Virus record (IMG/VR): IMGVR_UViG_3300036790_000408
Span: 32,001-96,000 of that record
Origin: a virus
Length of the DNA stretch: 64,000 nt
Strand: one strand, 5' to 3'
Positions within the stretch are counted from its first letter, which is position 1. Each line of letters opens with the position of its first letter. The position numbers and the translations under genes were made by a program. Shown here piece after piece: positions 8,918 to 19,800 of the stretch. Under the pieces are notes generated by a model, which was not told where the DNA came from, did not search any database, and saw nothing but the letters and a program-made list of their open reading frames with translations.

Positions 8918-9100
8918 TTACCCCTCGGCCACGGCGAACAGATAAACGCCACGATCTTGCCCATTAGTGCGTCCGATGTCAGCATGCGGTGGCGTATGCC
9001 ACGGTTCAATGCCGGGGCCATTCACGAAGACCAGACCAAGCATCGCTGCCTGTTGGCTGATGGTCTCGTTCAACAGGTCGAGTTTACTCGCTAGAGTCAT
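8918..9100 (-). CDS. Small hypothetical protein
   Basis: ATG 9100 with GGAGG RBS; fills the gap between neighbours. Confidence 0.45.
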   Translation of the reverse strand: MTLASKLDLLNETISQQAAMLGLVFVNGPGIEPWHTPPHADIGRTNGQDRGVYLFAVAEG

Positions 9101-9110
9101 AATAGCCTCC

Positions 9111-9965
9111 TCAAAGCCGAACCCCGTAGAGTGTAAGGCCGAACACGCGCTCCGGGCTGGCGTTGGTGTTGCACTGGGCGCGGGCGGCGATGCGGGTTCC
9201 GGCTGGGATTTGCATCGGGATGTAAGGCGTGACGCCATTGGCGAAATAGTTCTTGGCCGACCAGCAATACGCGATCTGGAGCCAGTTCGGCAGGAAGATC
9301 ACCTCCGAACCGGAGCCGCCGATAGCCAGATCCACCAGCCAATCGACCACATGGTTCGTCGATGGAGTGCTTTGCCCCTGGGTGTCGAACATCAGCATGA
9401 AACCGGCGATGTCATTGCTCGTCCCTGCGGTGATCTGCGCGTACGAACCCTTCGTATTCGCCGTACCACCAGGGTCGACCGCTTGCCCAAGGTTGGTCGT
9501 GTTGTTGAACCCATAGGTATCGATGGCGCTCACCACACCGGGCGACATGTACCGGTCAGCGAACAGAGTGCATTGCACAACCTGCGCGTTATCGGTAAGC
9601 AGGCTACTCGATAGTCGGGCGGATATGCGCGTGCCAAGCGGCACTGAGAACGGGAACATGTAGGAGACCTGCTGCGTCCCGTACGATCCCATCCCAAGAT
9701 TGCTAATGATCACCACTTCGTTGCCAGAGGAGCCGATACCGATATCCACAGCAATTTGGCGCCCGGACTGACCCTCACCGGCGATCGTGATCCTGATCCA
9801 CGACGAGTCATAAACCGTGGATGCTATGATCTGTGTCCACAGGGCCTTGGCGTACGTCGTGGTCGTGCTGCCGATGACGACTGTGCCATTCGATGCACTG
9901 GACGTGACCGAGCCAGCATCAGCCGCTTCACTGAATGCGAAGGCCCCACCCCATGCGCCGGCCAT
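9111..9965 (-). CDS. Putative virion protein with two tandem homologous beta domains
   Basis: Internal repeat VDIGIGSSGNEVVII...VPLGTRISAR / VDLAIGGSGSEVIFL...IPAGTRIAAR. Confidence 0.65.
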   Translation of the reverse strand: MAGAWGGAFAFSEAADAGSVTSSASNGTVVIGSTTTTYAKALWTQIIASTVYDSSWIRITIAGEGQSGRQIAVDIGIGSSGNEVVIISNLGMGSYGTQQVSYMFPFSVPLGTRISARLSSSLLTDNAQVVQCTLFADRYMSPGVVSAIDTYGFNNTTNLGQAVDPGGTANTKGSYAQITAGTSNDIAGFMLMFDTQGQSTPSTNHVVDWLVDLAIGGSGSEVIFLPNWLQIAYCWSAKNYFANGVTPYIPMQIPAGTRIAARAQCNTNASPERVFGLTLYGVRL

Positions 9966-10252
9966 CAGGCGTCCTTTTTAGCCAGCCGGAAAGGCACCCC
10001 AGCCTTCTGCAGCACGTCACCAAGATTGGCTTCGGTGTCGATCCTGGTGGTCAGGTCAAAGCCATAGCGCTGACGGTTGGCCTCGCGCCACTTCACGTAC
10101 TCCGCGTCATCCGCGCGCACATAGGTGTCCCGCCTGCTTGACCAGACCTGCGAGGCGTCGCCGGTAAGGTCTGACTTTGCGTCCACCTTGTGCGGACCGT
10201 TGCCGCCGACGATCCAATAGTGATCCTCGGGTTTGAACTGTATTCTGATCAT
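9965..10252 (-). CDS. Putative tail-fibre assembly/chaperone protein
   Basis: Start moved to ATG 10252 (ATGA overlap with fibre stop); HYWIV...VWSSRRDTYVRADDAEY..W pattern; directly downstream of the fibre gene. Confidence 0.5.
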   Translation of the reverse strand: MIRIQFKPEDHYWIVGGNGPHKVDAKSDLTGDASQVWSSRRDTYVRADDAEYVKWREANRQRYGFDLTTRIDTEANLGDVLQKAGVPFRLAKKDA

Positions 10253-11844
10253 AGATAAATACCACCCGTCGAGCCGATCGAGAGAGGTGTTGGTGAGCCA
10301 GCGGAACTCCCTGGGAAATAATTCGCTCCGCCCCCAGAGGTCTGTATGGTAGCGCCCGTGCCCACGAAATACCGAGGGCCGGTTGCTGACCCAACGAATG
10401 TCGAACCGGATGCCTGGATGGTCGCGCAATCAACGGCGGTTATGAAAGCGCCGCTGAAGGACAGGCCGGAGACGTTGAAGCTTTGACCGGGCATCCAGAC
10501 ATAGCCGGTGTCGGCAATAATGGATGTCTGGACACTTCCTGTAAGTGTGATCCCAGATCCTAGGATGATGGTTGAGGCTATGCCGGCGTGAACATGGGAG
10601 TTTCCACAGCTTCCAAAAACGCAATTGGATATTGTGATAATTCCGCCATTACCCTGAACGGCATAACCTGAGTCTGCGGTGAAAGCATTCAGCGTGCCAG
10701 TGGCAGTTAGGGTAAAGCCACTTACTGTAACAGTCGATCCCTGCCCGGAGCTGACGCAATTCGCATTGGAGGCGGAAAGAATAACGCTTGACGGAGACGC
10801 GGAATTCCCCACGAGATTGATGGGCCCAGTCAACCCCAATGGGATACCGGGAAATGTCGCGATGTATCCGTTGGTAGGAATTCCACCGCCATATGAACCG
10901 TTGGCGACGTTTATAGTGCAGCCGAAATTGTTGAAGTCATATCGACTGTAGAGCGCGTTGATCGCCGCCTGGATCGTCAGGAACGGAGCGCCGGCCGTCG
11001 TACCGAGGTTGTTGTCATTCCCAGTCGAGGCGTTGACGTACAAGGTGAGCGGAGCGCTGAGTAGGGTCCGGACCGGCGACATATTCACGTACGGCAGAAC
11101 GCCCTGCACCTCGCTTGCGAGGTTCACCTTGGGTGCTTGACCGGCAATACCGCCATGGTGCGACGCCATCAGACCGCCAAGGAATGGCGCGTATGGATAG
11201 CTGCCGGAGACATTGGTGCCGACGCCGGGGCCGGCCTTGAGGATCTGCGATGTCGTGATCTGCGTCTGACCGCCAGCGATGTCCACCAGATAGAGCGGCA
11301 CCCAGCCGGCAGTTGGTGTCGGAGGCACCTCGGAACCAGTGGTTGCGGCGGAGCCTGAGATCACCTGCAGAACACAAAGGCCCTGACGGACGGTGTTGAT
11401 GGACTGTGTCGTGGGCTGCGTGGGGTTGGCGACATTGTAGAACGGGGCGATGCCGCCATTTGGATCGTTTGCCCTGACCGCATCGAGCTGACTGAACTGC
11501 GCCTGGATCAGGTTCCACTGCGACTGGCCAGACGATGGCGCCGTGAAGGTGATCGTCTGCGCTATCGTCGAGCCCTGCTGACATATGATCGTGCTGTCGG
11601 CGGGGATGCTACCAACTCCGAGAGGATCGGATGCAGCGAGCTGATAGATGCGGCCGGCGGTAAGTTGCACGCTAAGCGACGCGGCGGGCGTCTGACCGGC
11701 CACCAGGCCAGCGACGACGGTGGTGCCGAGTCCACTCATTACGTCCTGCGCGAGCGCCCCGAGACCCGTCAGGACGTCATGGAAACCCTCTACGAAATCG
11801 AAATCCCGCATCTGTTCCATGGGATCGATGATTGGACGATCCAT
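10249..11844 (-). CDS. Tail fibre/tailspike protein
   Basis: MDRPII... baseplate-proximal N-terminus; LTLYVNASTGNDNN.G..A.APFLTIQAAIN followed by beta-helix-like C-terminus; AT-richer 3' part. Confidence 0.75.
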   Translation of the reverse strand: MDRPIIDPMEQMRDFDFVEGFHDVLTGLGALAQDVMSGLGTTVVAGLVAGQTPAASLSVQLTAGRIYQLAASDPLGVGSIPADSTIICQQGSTIAQTITFTAPSSGQSQWNLIQAQFSQLDAVRANDPNGGIAPFYNVANPTQPTTQSINTVRQGLCVLQVISGSAATTGSEVPPTPTAGWVPLYLVDIAGGQTQITTSQILKAGPGVGTNVSGSYPYAPFLGGLMASHHGGIAGQAPKVNLASEVQGVLPYVNMSPVRTLLSAPLTLYVNASTGNDNNLGTTAGAPFLTIQAAINALYSRYDFNNFGCTINVANGSYGGGIPTNGYIATFPGIPLGLTGPINLVGNSASPSSVILSASNANCVSSGQGSTVTVSGFTLTATGTLNAFTADSGYAVQGNGGIITISNCVFGSCGNSHVHAGIASTIILGSGITLTGSVQTSIIADTGYVWMPGQSFNVSGLSFSGAFITAVDCATIQASGSTFVGSATGPRYFVGTGATIQTSGGGANYFPGSSAGSPTPLSIGSTGGIYL

Positions 11845-11855
11845 AAGATGCGATC

Positions 11856-13826
11856 CTACTGGTAAGTCTGGTTGGTGATCGTGATGCCAGCGGCTTTGGT
11901 CACGATGAATTTAGAGCTATCCGAGAAGTAGACGGTAAGCTGTTCGGTCTGCACCCCGGCGGTCGGCGGCACTGAATGCAGGTTCAATTCATTGCGGTTG
12001 ATCACCCACGGCAGGCTCAAGGCGGTAGCCGCGTTCTGCACGCTGGCCAGACCCCACCCGGCGCCGGCTGGATTAGTGTCCCAGTACTGCTGGAAAAACA
12101 CCGCGTCAGGCATCTGCGTCTGCAAGGTGGAGATCAGTGTCGGCTCGGAGAACGTGGTATCTCCCGCAGTTACCGAGCCGGGTCTGAACTCACTGATGCA
12201 AACCGTCTTGCCGAGAGCCGCGAGGGTATTGTAGTCGGCCTGCGCGGTGGTCGGCGTCGGCGGCGGTGGTGGCGGCGTCGTGCCACCGGCGCTGCCGGTC
12301 ACGATGTAATCCGTGGGTGGGGATTTATAGCCAAGAGTCGTATCCTCAATGACCATGTCGAACGTGCCCGACGAGGCCGGGGCGAACGTGAACTGAAAGG
12401 AATTAGTCCCCACCAAGGAGGGGCTTCCAGGAAGAGCCGCTTGCCCCGATCCGGCGCCGAGATCGGCCGTGAAGTGCGCCAAGGTGACCGGGTAATTGGT
12501 ATCCACCTGGACGGTATAGGTCTGGCTCGGTGGGATGCCGCCGCTTGGAAACTCGGTGATGACGATGATCGGATCAGTCGCACCATAAGCCCCGATCGGA
12601 TAACCGTAGACCTGCGCTCCCGAGCGCATGCCAGGATGGACCGGGCCTGAATTCAGATCAGGCCCAGAGAGTATGTTGCCACCGCCCTTGTCCCAGACCA
12701 CGGCGCCAATGACCGGCACGCCGATGCCAGTGTCGATCTGGTTCCACACCCGCTTCATGCGCGGAAAATAAAGCAGGTCGTTGCACGCTGCCTCATTGCC
12801 GGTATGCGCGGCTATTGGCAGGGTGCAAAGATTGGTGCCGGAGTTGCCGCCACCACTTACCTTGCCGTTCGTATAGAGCAGACCGACACCACCGAACTCG
12901 CTGTGCATCATCGGCTTCTGGTCGGCAAGCGCTGCTTGCACCAGGCTGTACAAGCTCTGTCCCTGTCCACCGTTGGGCTGGGCGGCCTTACCATCCATGA
13001 AATCGAGATAATGACTGGCGTTGTTGTAGGTGTAGCCCTGGCCGCCCTGGGTCGCCGCGACATTGTAATCGGTTGCCCAGAGATCATCCGTCGCGCCGGC
13101 GGGCAGCGTGCCAGCCGTGGCATTCAAGGTGAGCGGCGTCCCAGCAGCGTACCCGGGCCAGTTGGAGAGGTCCACCGGATACCAGTTGCACGAATAGAAA
13201 TCGACGCTGAGAATATCGTAATAGGCAGCTCCAGGCTTGTAGTTTGCAAGCTGGTTATTCGCGTCGAGATAGTTCAACGCACAGGTATCGAAGGCGATCA
13301 ACAGCGTCTTGCCGGTGAAGGTGGCGACCTTGGCGTAGAGCACCGTGGCCACATGCTGGAACGCGGCCTTGAACTGCGCCGCCCATGCAGTGTTGCCGCT
13401 GTTATAACCTCCAGGTGTGGTCTGGATATTCGACTCGTAGTTGAGACGCAAGATGATCGTGTTGTAAGCATAGAACATGTTGGTCATCATCTGCTGCCAC
13501 GTACTGTCGTACGTGCCAGCGGCATTGCCGGCGAGCGTCATGCTACCGTCAGCAGTGGCCAATGATGTTCCAATGACCGGAATGATCCCGGTGGCTGGAG
13601 CGAAATACCCCCCGTAGCCAACGGCTGTGCTTACCGAGTAGTACGCATTGGCCGGCATATTGGCCAGCGTGTCGAAGCCAGTATAGCCACCGAAGAATTT
13701 GACCGGCAAGCCTATCTGGCGTTGCCACTGTGGGTAGGATCCGCCTGGGGCGCTGGTGAACAGTCCCATCCCGATGCGAGGCATCCCGGCCCCTGGCGAG
13801 GCTGGGATCCAGGAGGCAAATGCCAT
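11856..13826 (-). CDS. Glycoside hydrolase (GH26-like, clan GH-A) plus Ig-like domain and orphan C-terminal GH26 fragment
   Basis: RLNYESN (acid/base), DILSVDFY, MHSEFGG (nucleophile); after a TTPPPPPPTPTT linker: DYNTLAALGKTVCISEFRP...PWVINRNEL. Confidence 0.7.
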   Translation of the reverse strand: MAFASWIPASPGAGMPRIGMGLFTSAPGGSYPQWQRQIGLPVKFFGGYTGFDTLANMPANAYYSVSTAVGYGGYFAPATGIIPVIGTSLATADGSMTLAGNAAGTYDSTWQQMMTNMFYAYNTIILRLNYESNIQTTPGGYNSGNTAWAAQFKAAFQHVATVLYAKVATFTGKTLLIAFDTCALNYLDANNQLANYKPGAAYYDILSVDFYSCNWYPVDLSNWPGYAAGTPLTLNATAGTLPAGATDDLWATDYNVAATQGGQGYTYNNASHYLDFMDGKAAQPNGGQGQSLYSLVQAALADQKPMMHSEFGGVGLLYTNGKVSGGGNSGTNLCTLPIAAHTGNEAACNDLLYFPRMKRVWNQIDTGIGVPVIGAVVWDKGGGNILSGPDLNSGPVHPGMRSGAQVYGYPIGAYGATDPIIVITEFPSGGIPPSQTYTVQVDTNYPVTLAHFTADLGAGSGQAALPGSPSLVGTNSFQFTFAPASSGTFDMVIEDTTLGYKSPPTDYIVTGSAGGTTPPPPPPTPTTAQADYNTLAALGKTVCISEFRPGSVTAGDTTFSEPTLISTLQTQMPDAVFFQQYWDTNPAGAGWGLASVQNAATALSLPWVINRNELNLHSVPPTAGVQTEQLTVYFSDSSKFIVTKAAGITITNQTYQ

Positions 13827-13835
13827 CGATCGTGC

Positions 13836-16800
13836 CTAATTCGGAGTCGGGAAGGCTACGCCGGCTTGCCCGGCAAGTGGATTGTTGCCGCTATTCGACG
13901 CAAACTCGGGCCACTCGGTAGCAAACGCCTTCAGCATCTCAATCCCCGCACTCGAGCCCCAGAACGACATCCACAAGCACTGACCGTTGGCAATGCCATT
14001 GTAGGCCTCGCTTTGAAACCAAGTGATGCGCTTGCGCAGATAAGCTGCCGCTTCTGGGATATTGGGGAAATCCGTGGCGGCAGGATATCCTGGAGCACCG
14101 TAGATATTAGTGCCTGTGTTCTTGCCGGCGCCATTGACACTGAGGTCATCACCCTCTGTCGCGTATCCCTCCGGAACGCCCCACATGCAACCATTCTGCA
14201 GCGCCCAGACCATACTCTCGAATGTGCCCCAGCCGCCCGACCAAGGTAGTCTGGTGGTTGGACTGGAGTTGTAAGAGGTCTGCTGAGACGAGCCGCCGCC
14301 ACCCCTGAAATCAGCCGCGTAGTACTCCGAACCGATATCGGCGAAGAAGGCCTGCACGCTCGCTGCGGTGCCGGTGGTGGAGAAACTCCCATTGAATGGA
14401 GCGGATGCAGCAAGAGCATCGTATCCATGCTTCAGATTGGTGGTGTTCGCGGCATATTTGTTGCCGAAATACAAATCCGGTCCATGCACATCGACCAGTT
14501 TTCCCCAGCCGTCAGCCGATTGGTATGAGGCTGTGTCAGGATAGAGTAGGCGCGGGTCGAACCATCCGCTCTGCAGGAGGCACGGCCCCCAGCATTTCCA
14601 TATGGTCATGCCGTTGGCTAGAGCGAACTGTTGCACGACATGAGCAAATCGACGCCATGCCTTAATGTACGCATCAGCAAACGCAGCTTGTCCGGTCGGG
14701 AGGCCGGAGATCGTTGTGGCAAAGCTTTGTTCTGACTCGCCTCCGTAATAGCCCCAGGCCGCACCGCCATTGGATACAGCCGCCGCTCCGTACTGCGATG
14801 ATCCAGCGCTTTGCCCACCCGGAGTGGTGGGGAGATTGTCCTCCCAACTGATACGAAGAACGATCGTCTTGTAACCGGCCGTCAAAAACGTCTGCATGTA
14901 ACTCTGGATCACAGAGTCAACGGAACCGGACGCGATCGAGGCGAAAGTCATCACGCCATCGGTGGTAGTCAGCGGAAGTCCGGCGATGGGGATGAGGTTG
15001 AACCCCAGCCCCGTCTTGTTGAAGGCCGGATAATTGTTCCAAGTCTGCAAATATCCGTTTATGCCGTAATTATATGCCCCTGAACTAGCAAAAGATCCAG
15101 TATACAGAAGCATATTTGTCGGCTTACAAAATGCCGACGTAAAGTTGCCAATGGCAACCGTGGCTAAATCCTGAGTGCCTTGGGTCTCGTCCCCTGGATA
15201 GGTCAACTCCATCCCCCAGCCGAGATAAGGCAGGCCGGCTACCGAGGTGGCGCCGCCAGTCGCGGGCGCGGCATTGACGGTGTACGCGACACCGAGCGAA
15301 GCGATGCCCGTGCCGCTATCCTGCATGTACGCGGTGTAACTGCCGGCGGCGGGGGTTGGAATGCCGGTGACCACCGCAATAAGATTGCTGCCGGACAGCG
15401 TCACATTGTAGCCGGCCGATTGAGCCGAGACAAAAGCCTTTGTGGCACCGACAGAAATCTGCACATCGGCCGCGCTAGTCCAAGGTAGCGTTCCCGTGCC
15501 TGTGAGGCTGAACGTCTGGCCATTCGTAGGATCTGGAATAGCGCTCACCGTGATCACGTCGGTCGGTGTGACCGTCGTCGTGGTCGAGGTGAACAAATCC
15601 AATCCAGTCATATCGACGTAGCTGTTGCCGGGATAGCGCGCGGCGGTCTGGGTGGATATCGAGAACGGCGACTGCGCCGTCCAGAGCCAGAGGATGTTCT
15701 GCAGGCCCTTTGATGTGGTCAGATAGTTCCAGGCATACTGCCACAGCGCGACGTACTGCGCGGCAGTCAAAAACTGGGTGCCCCACCAGAAGTCGCCGGC
15801 GTTCGATCGATAGAACGGTCGCAGGATGACCACGACGCCGGCCGTCTGGAGCGCCTGCAGGCCGGTGGCCACTTGGCTGAGCATGTTGACCAGGGCGGTG
15901 TTTGTCGCCGTCCCTGAAGTCAGCAGGTCGGCCACGGTAAGGGCCGAGAGATCAGTGCACACTCCCCCGGTCGTGGGGTTCGGCATCGACAGGCTTAAGG
16001 TGCAGATCCCACCCGCGTCCCAGTAGGTAATCGCGTTGGCATTGAACGTCGTCACCGCGGCGCCGGTGCCGGTCGGCGCCCAGTAATCGCCACCAATCAG
16101 CCCAAGCCATTGCCCATCGGCCGATTGGATCGCGCTGATAGGCGTCAACGGCCCAGTGCCGATGTACTCACCGGAGATCGAGCCGATGCCCTGCACCGAG
16201 CTTTGGATCTTGGCGAGCATGGTCTGGGCCGGCGTGTTGCTCGGCGGCGGCGTGATGGTTGACTGGGTCGTGGCCGTAACCGCCGGGGCGGACGGCGCCG
16301 AGTCGCCGACGCTATTGAACGCGAGCACCTGGAAATTGTACGCGGTACCCTGCGTCAGGCCGGTAATGACCTGGCTCGTACCCGGCGTCGTCGAGCCGTA
16401 GTTTGTATAGGCCGAGCTGGCTGCCGTCTTAAATTGAACCTGATAGCCAGTGACGGTGGGACCGCTGCTCGGCGGCTGCCAGGAGAGAGCGATCGAGTTG
16501 GTCGTGATCGCACCGACGCTCAGGCCAGTGGGTACTCCAGGCGACTGCGGCGTGCCTGGGACAGTGTACGTGACCAGAGCAGAGTCCGCTCCGTCTCCGG
16601 CTCCATTGGCGGCATAGACGACGTAGTCGTACGTGATCCCCTGATTGATCCCGGTCAGGGATATCGAGGTGCTCGTGGTGGTGCCGACGACAGAGTACTC
16701 CGCCGCGCCGGTCGGCGACTGCATGACGACGTAGGTGTACGGGCCGGAACCAGTGGCAGGTGGGGTCCAGCTCAGCCCGACGGCGGTGCTCGGAGCGGTC

Positions 16801-19800
16801 GCGGCTGCCGTATACGTACCGCCGCCATTACCCGCCGCGGCAACCACCAGCACAGGCACTTGCTGCGAAGCAATAGTGACAGTGGAAGACTGGACGTCGA
16901 TGACCTGCACCGGATGCGAGATCGCCGCACCAAGGATCCAACCGATTGTCGCGATCGTGCCGGTGCTGTCCCACGTGATACTGCCGCCGGTCGGTGGCGT
17001 GTCGGTGAACGGTGAGAATGTGATGCCGTTATAAGTAATGTTGCCGGTGGTATCGTACGGCGTGAAGTAGAGCGTGCTGATATTCGGCTTATAGTTGAAG
17101 GCGAACTCAACAAAGAACTCCTGCCCAGCCGTTTGATTGGGCAGCGACGACGGCATGGTGATGGACTGCGCGCCGGTGGCGACTGTCAGGCCAGTGACCT
17201 GACCCGGCGCCGTGACCGTTGGCGTCGAACCATGCCACGGCGGGAAAGTGCTCGGCACACCAGAAAATGAGAATGCTCCAGAGCCGGCGTTCAGCACCGC
17301 GACACCACCAGACTCACCGGTCGAGAAGCAGATCGAGAGCGGTCCGGAGACGGTGATCGGAATACCGCCGGTGCCAGTCGCCGGATTGGCTGTGGCGCTG
17401 TCGTTCCACGCATTCGACCCATAGGCCGCGCGCATCGTCGGGCTGGTGAACCATACCAGCTTGGCATCATCGTCCACGCAACATGTCACCACGGCGCCAG
17501 CCGCGTCGGCTGCCGGGGCGTTGCCGGATGGCGTCAGGACCGCGGCGTTGTTCTGCCGGATCGTGGTCGGCACAATCGCCGCCTGGGTGACGATGGTGCC
17601 GCCACCGGTTCCCGCGCCGGCGTCTGGGTTGGCTACGAGCTCCGGAAAGGCTGTGGCGAATGTGTTGAGCATCGCCTGCCCTTGACCCTCCCAGAAGGAG
17701 AACTGCAGGAAGACACCGTTGGCAATACCGTTCTTGGTCTTGTCCTGGAACCAATCGATCCGCGAGCGTGTGTAGGCGGCCAGGGTAAGTTCGTTGGCCC
17801 AGTTCGCCGCGCCACTAAACGACAGGCCGTTGTTGAGATTGCCTTTCGGATTAGTGCCGCCATCGTACTGGTCAAGACCACCGAACTCACAGAACATCAC
17901 GGCGAGTCCGTTCTGGAGGGCGAATATGAACGTTTCGTACATCGACATGCCACCCTGATATCCGATCGGGGTGGTCAGTGGATTGAGTGGAGCCTTGTAG
18001 CCGTCCGTCCAGTCAGCCCAGTACCATTTGGAACCTTCATCGGCGCCGAATTGCGCCTGCGTTGCTCCGGTCGAGGTGACCGTGCCGGCGGTGAATGGCT
18101 GCTGGTTGATGTACCCAGAACGAAGATTGGTGGTGTCGCCCCAGAAATTTCCGAAATAGAAATCCGGCCCAAGACAATCGACCAGTTTGCCATGCCCATC
18201 GGTCTGCACGCTATCGGGGTACGAGTCCCGCCAGTCGATGCTGTCGCTGGAGATGATGGTCGGGCCCCAGACCATGGTCAAATCCATGCCGAGGGACGCC
18301 GCATGCTGCTTCAGGTCATAGGCGACCGCTCTCCATGCGGCAATAAAAGCGTTGGCATAAGCAGTCCCGCCGCCGTAGAATGTCCACGGACAATAAGAAC
18401 CAGCCGGGTAATTACTTCCAGGAGAAGCGTCTTGACCAGCAGGAGTTGTGGGATAATTGTCCTCCCAACAAAGTCTTACTGCTATCTTCTTGAAACCTGC
18501 ATTATACCATAGAGTAAGTATGTTATTAAAGTAGGCGGTATTCTGATGAGCCGCTGCACTGGCAAAGGTGACCGTGCCATCAGTCGTGGTCAGTGGTAGG
18601 CCATAGATCGGGATGCATGGCTTGGTCAGGGTGCCGGGAATGGCGGCAGTCGTGCCATTCCAATACGGGTCAGCCTTCCAGCCATTGATATATGACTGGG
18701 TGTAATAGGTGATGTTGCCCTGGGTATCGAAGGCACCCGGATAAACGAGGCAGGTGCGCGGCGTGCAGAACTGCTGGCAGAACCAGATCCAGGTCGGATC
18801 CGGGGCAGTTCCATTACCCGGATAGCAGAGATCGACGCCGACACCCCAGAGCGGCAGACCCAGGACGGATGCGGTCGCAACCGAGGCCGGGACGTTCGCT
18901 GGATAGTAGCCGAGTCCATTGGCGTCGTTGCCGAGCTCGGTAGTGTTGAGCGAGAAGCTGCTGTTGACCAAGCCGATCGCGACGCTGTCCGACACCCCGC
19001 TGAGGGTGACTTCGAACGCAGCCTTGCCGCCACTGATCTGCTGCGCGCTCAGCACGCCCTGGCGGCTCGCGCCAACTGTCGATGAGCCGCCGGCGGTGGC
19101 TGTCAGGTTGCTGTTGGTGATGGCAATGGTCGAACTTGCGCCGGTCGGCTGCCATCCCGTTACCGTTGGAGCGGTCGCTGCGGTGGCCGTGGTTAGGATG
19201 GTCGAGAACGCACCGTCGCCAGAAGCATTGAATGCTTGCACCTGGAAGTCGTAGGTGGTGCCGCTCGACAGCCCGGTGATCTGAGCGTTGCTCACGGTCA
19301 CGCTCGGCCCGGCCGTAAAGGTATTCATCCCGGTCGGCGAGTACTGGGTGTTGTATCCTGTAGGCGCGGCTCCGCCACTGGGTGGCAGCCAGACCAGATT
19401 GACCGCGGTGGTGGTGGCGCCCGCCGACACTACGCCGGTCGGCACACCCACGGCGGTGACGATCGTTTGCGTCGTGCTAACGGTCAGGATCGCCGAGTCG
19501 GGGCCCTGGCCAACCGAATTGATGGCATAGACCTCGATATCGTACGAGGTGCCAGGCAAGAGCCCAGAGATCGTGGCTTCGAGGCCTGACTGTGCCGGCA
19601 GACTGGTCCAACTGGAGGCCGCAATACTGAACGAGATAGTCGCTTTGGCCACCCCATCCGTCACCAGCAGAGTATAGTTTCCGGCCGCGAGTCCAGAATG
19701 GATAAAGCTGAACGAGGTCAGTGTGACTTGCGCGCCAGAGGGCATGCTCTGGGCTGGGCCGCCGTTGTCCTCGTAGACCAGCGTTGGGATCGCGGTGTAA

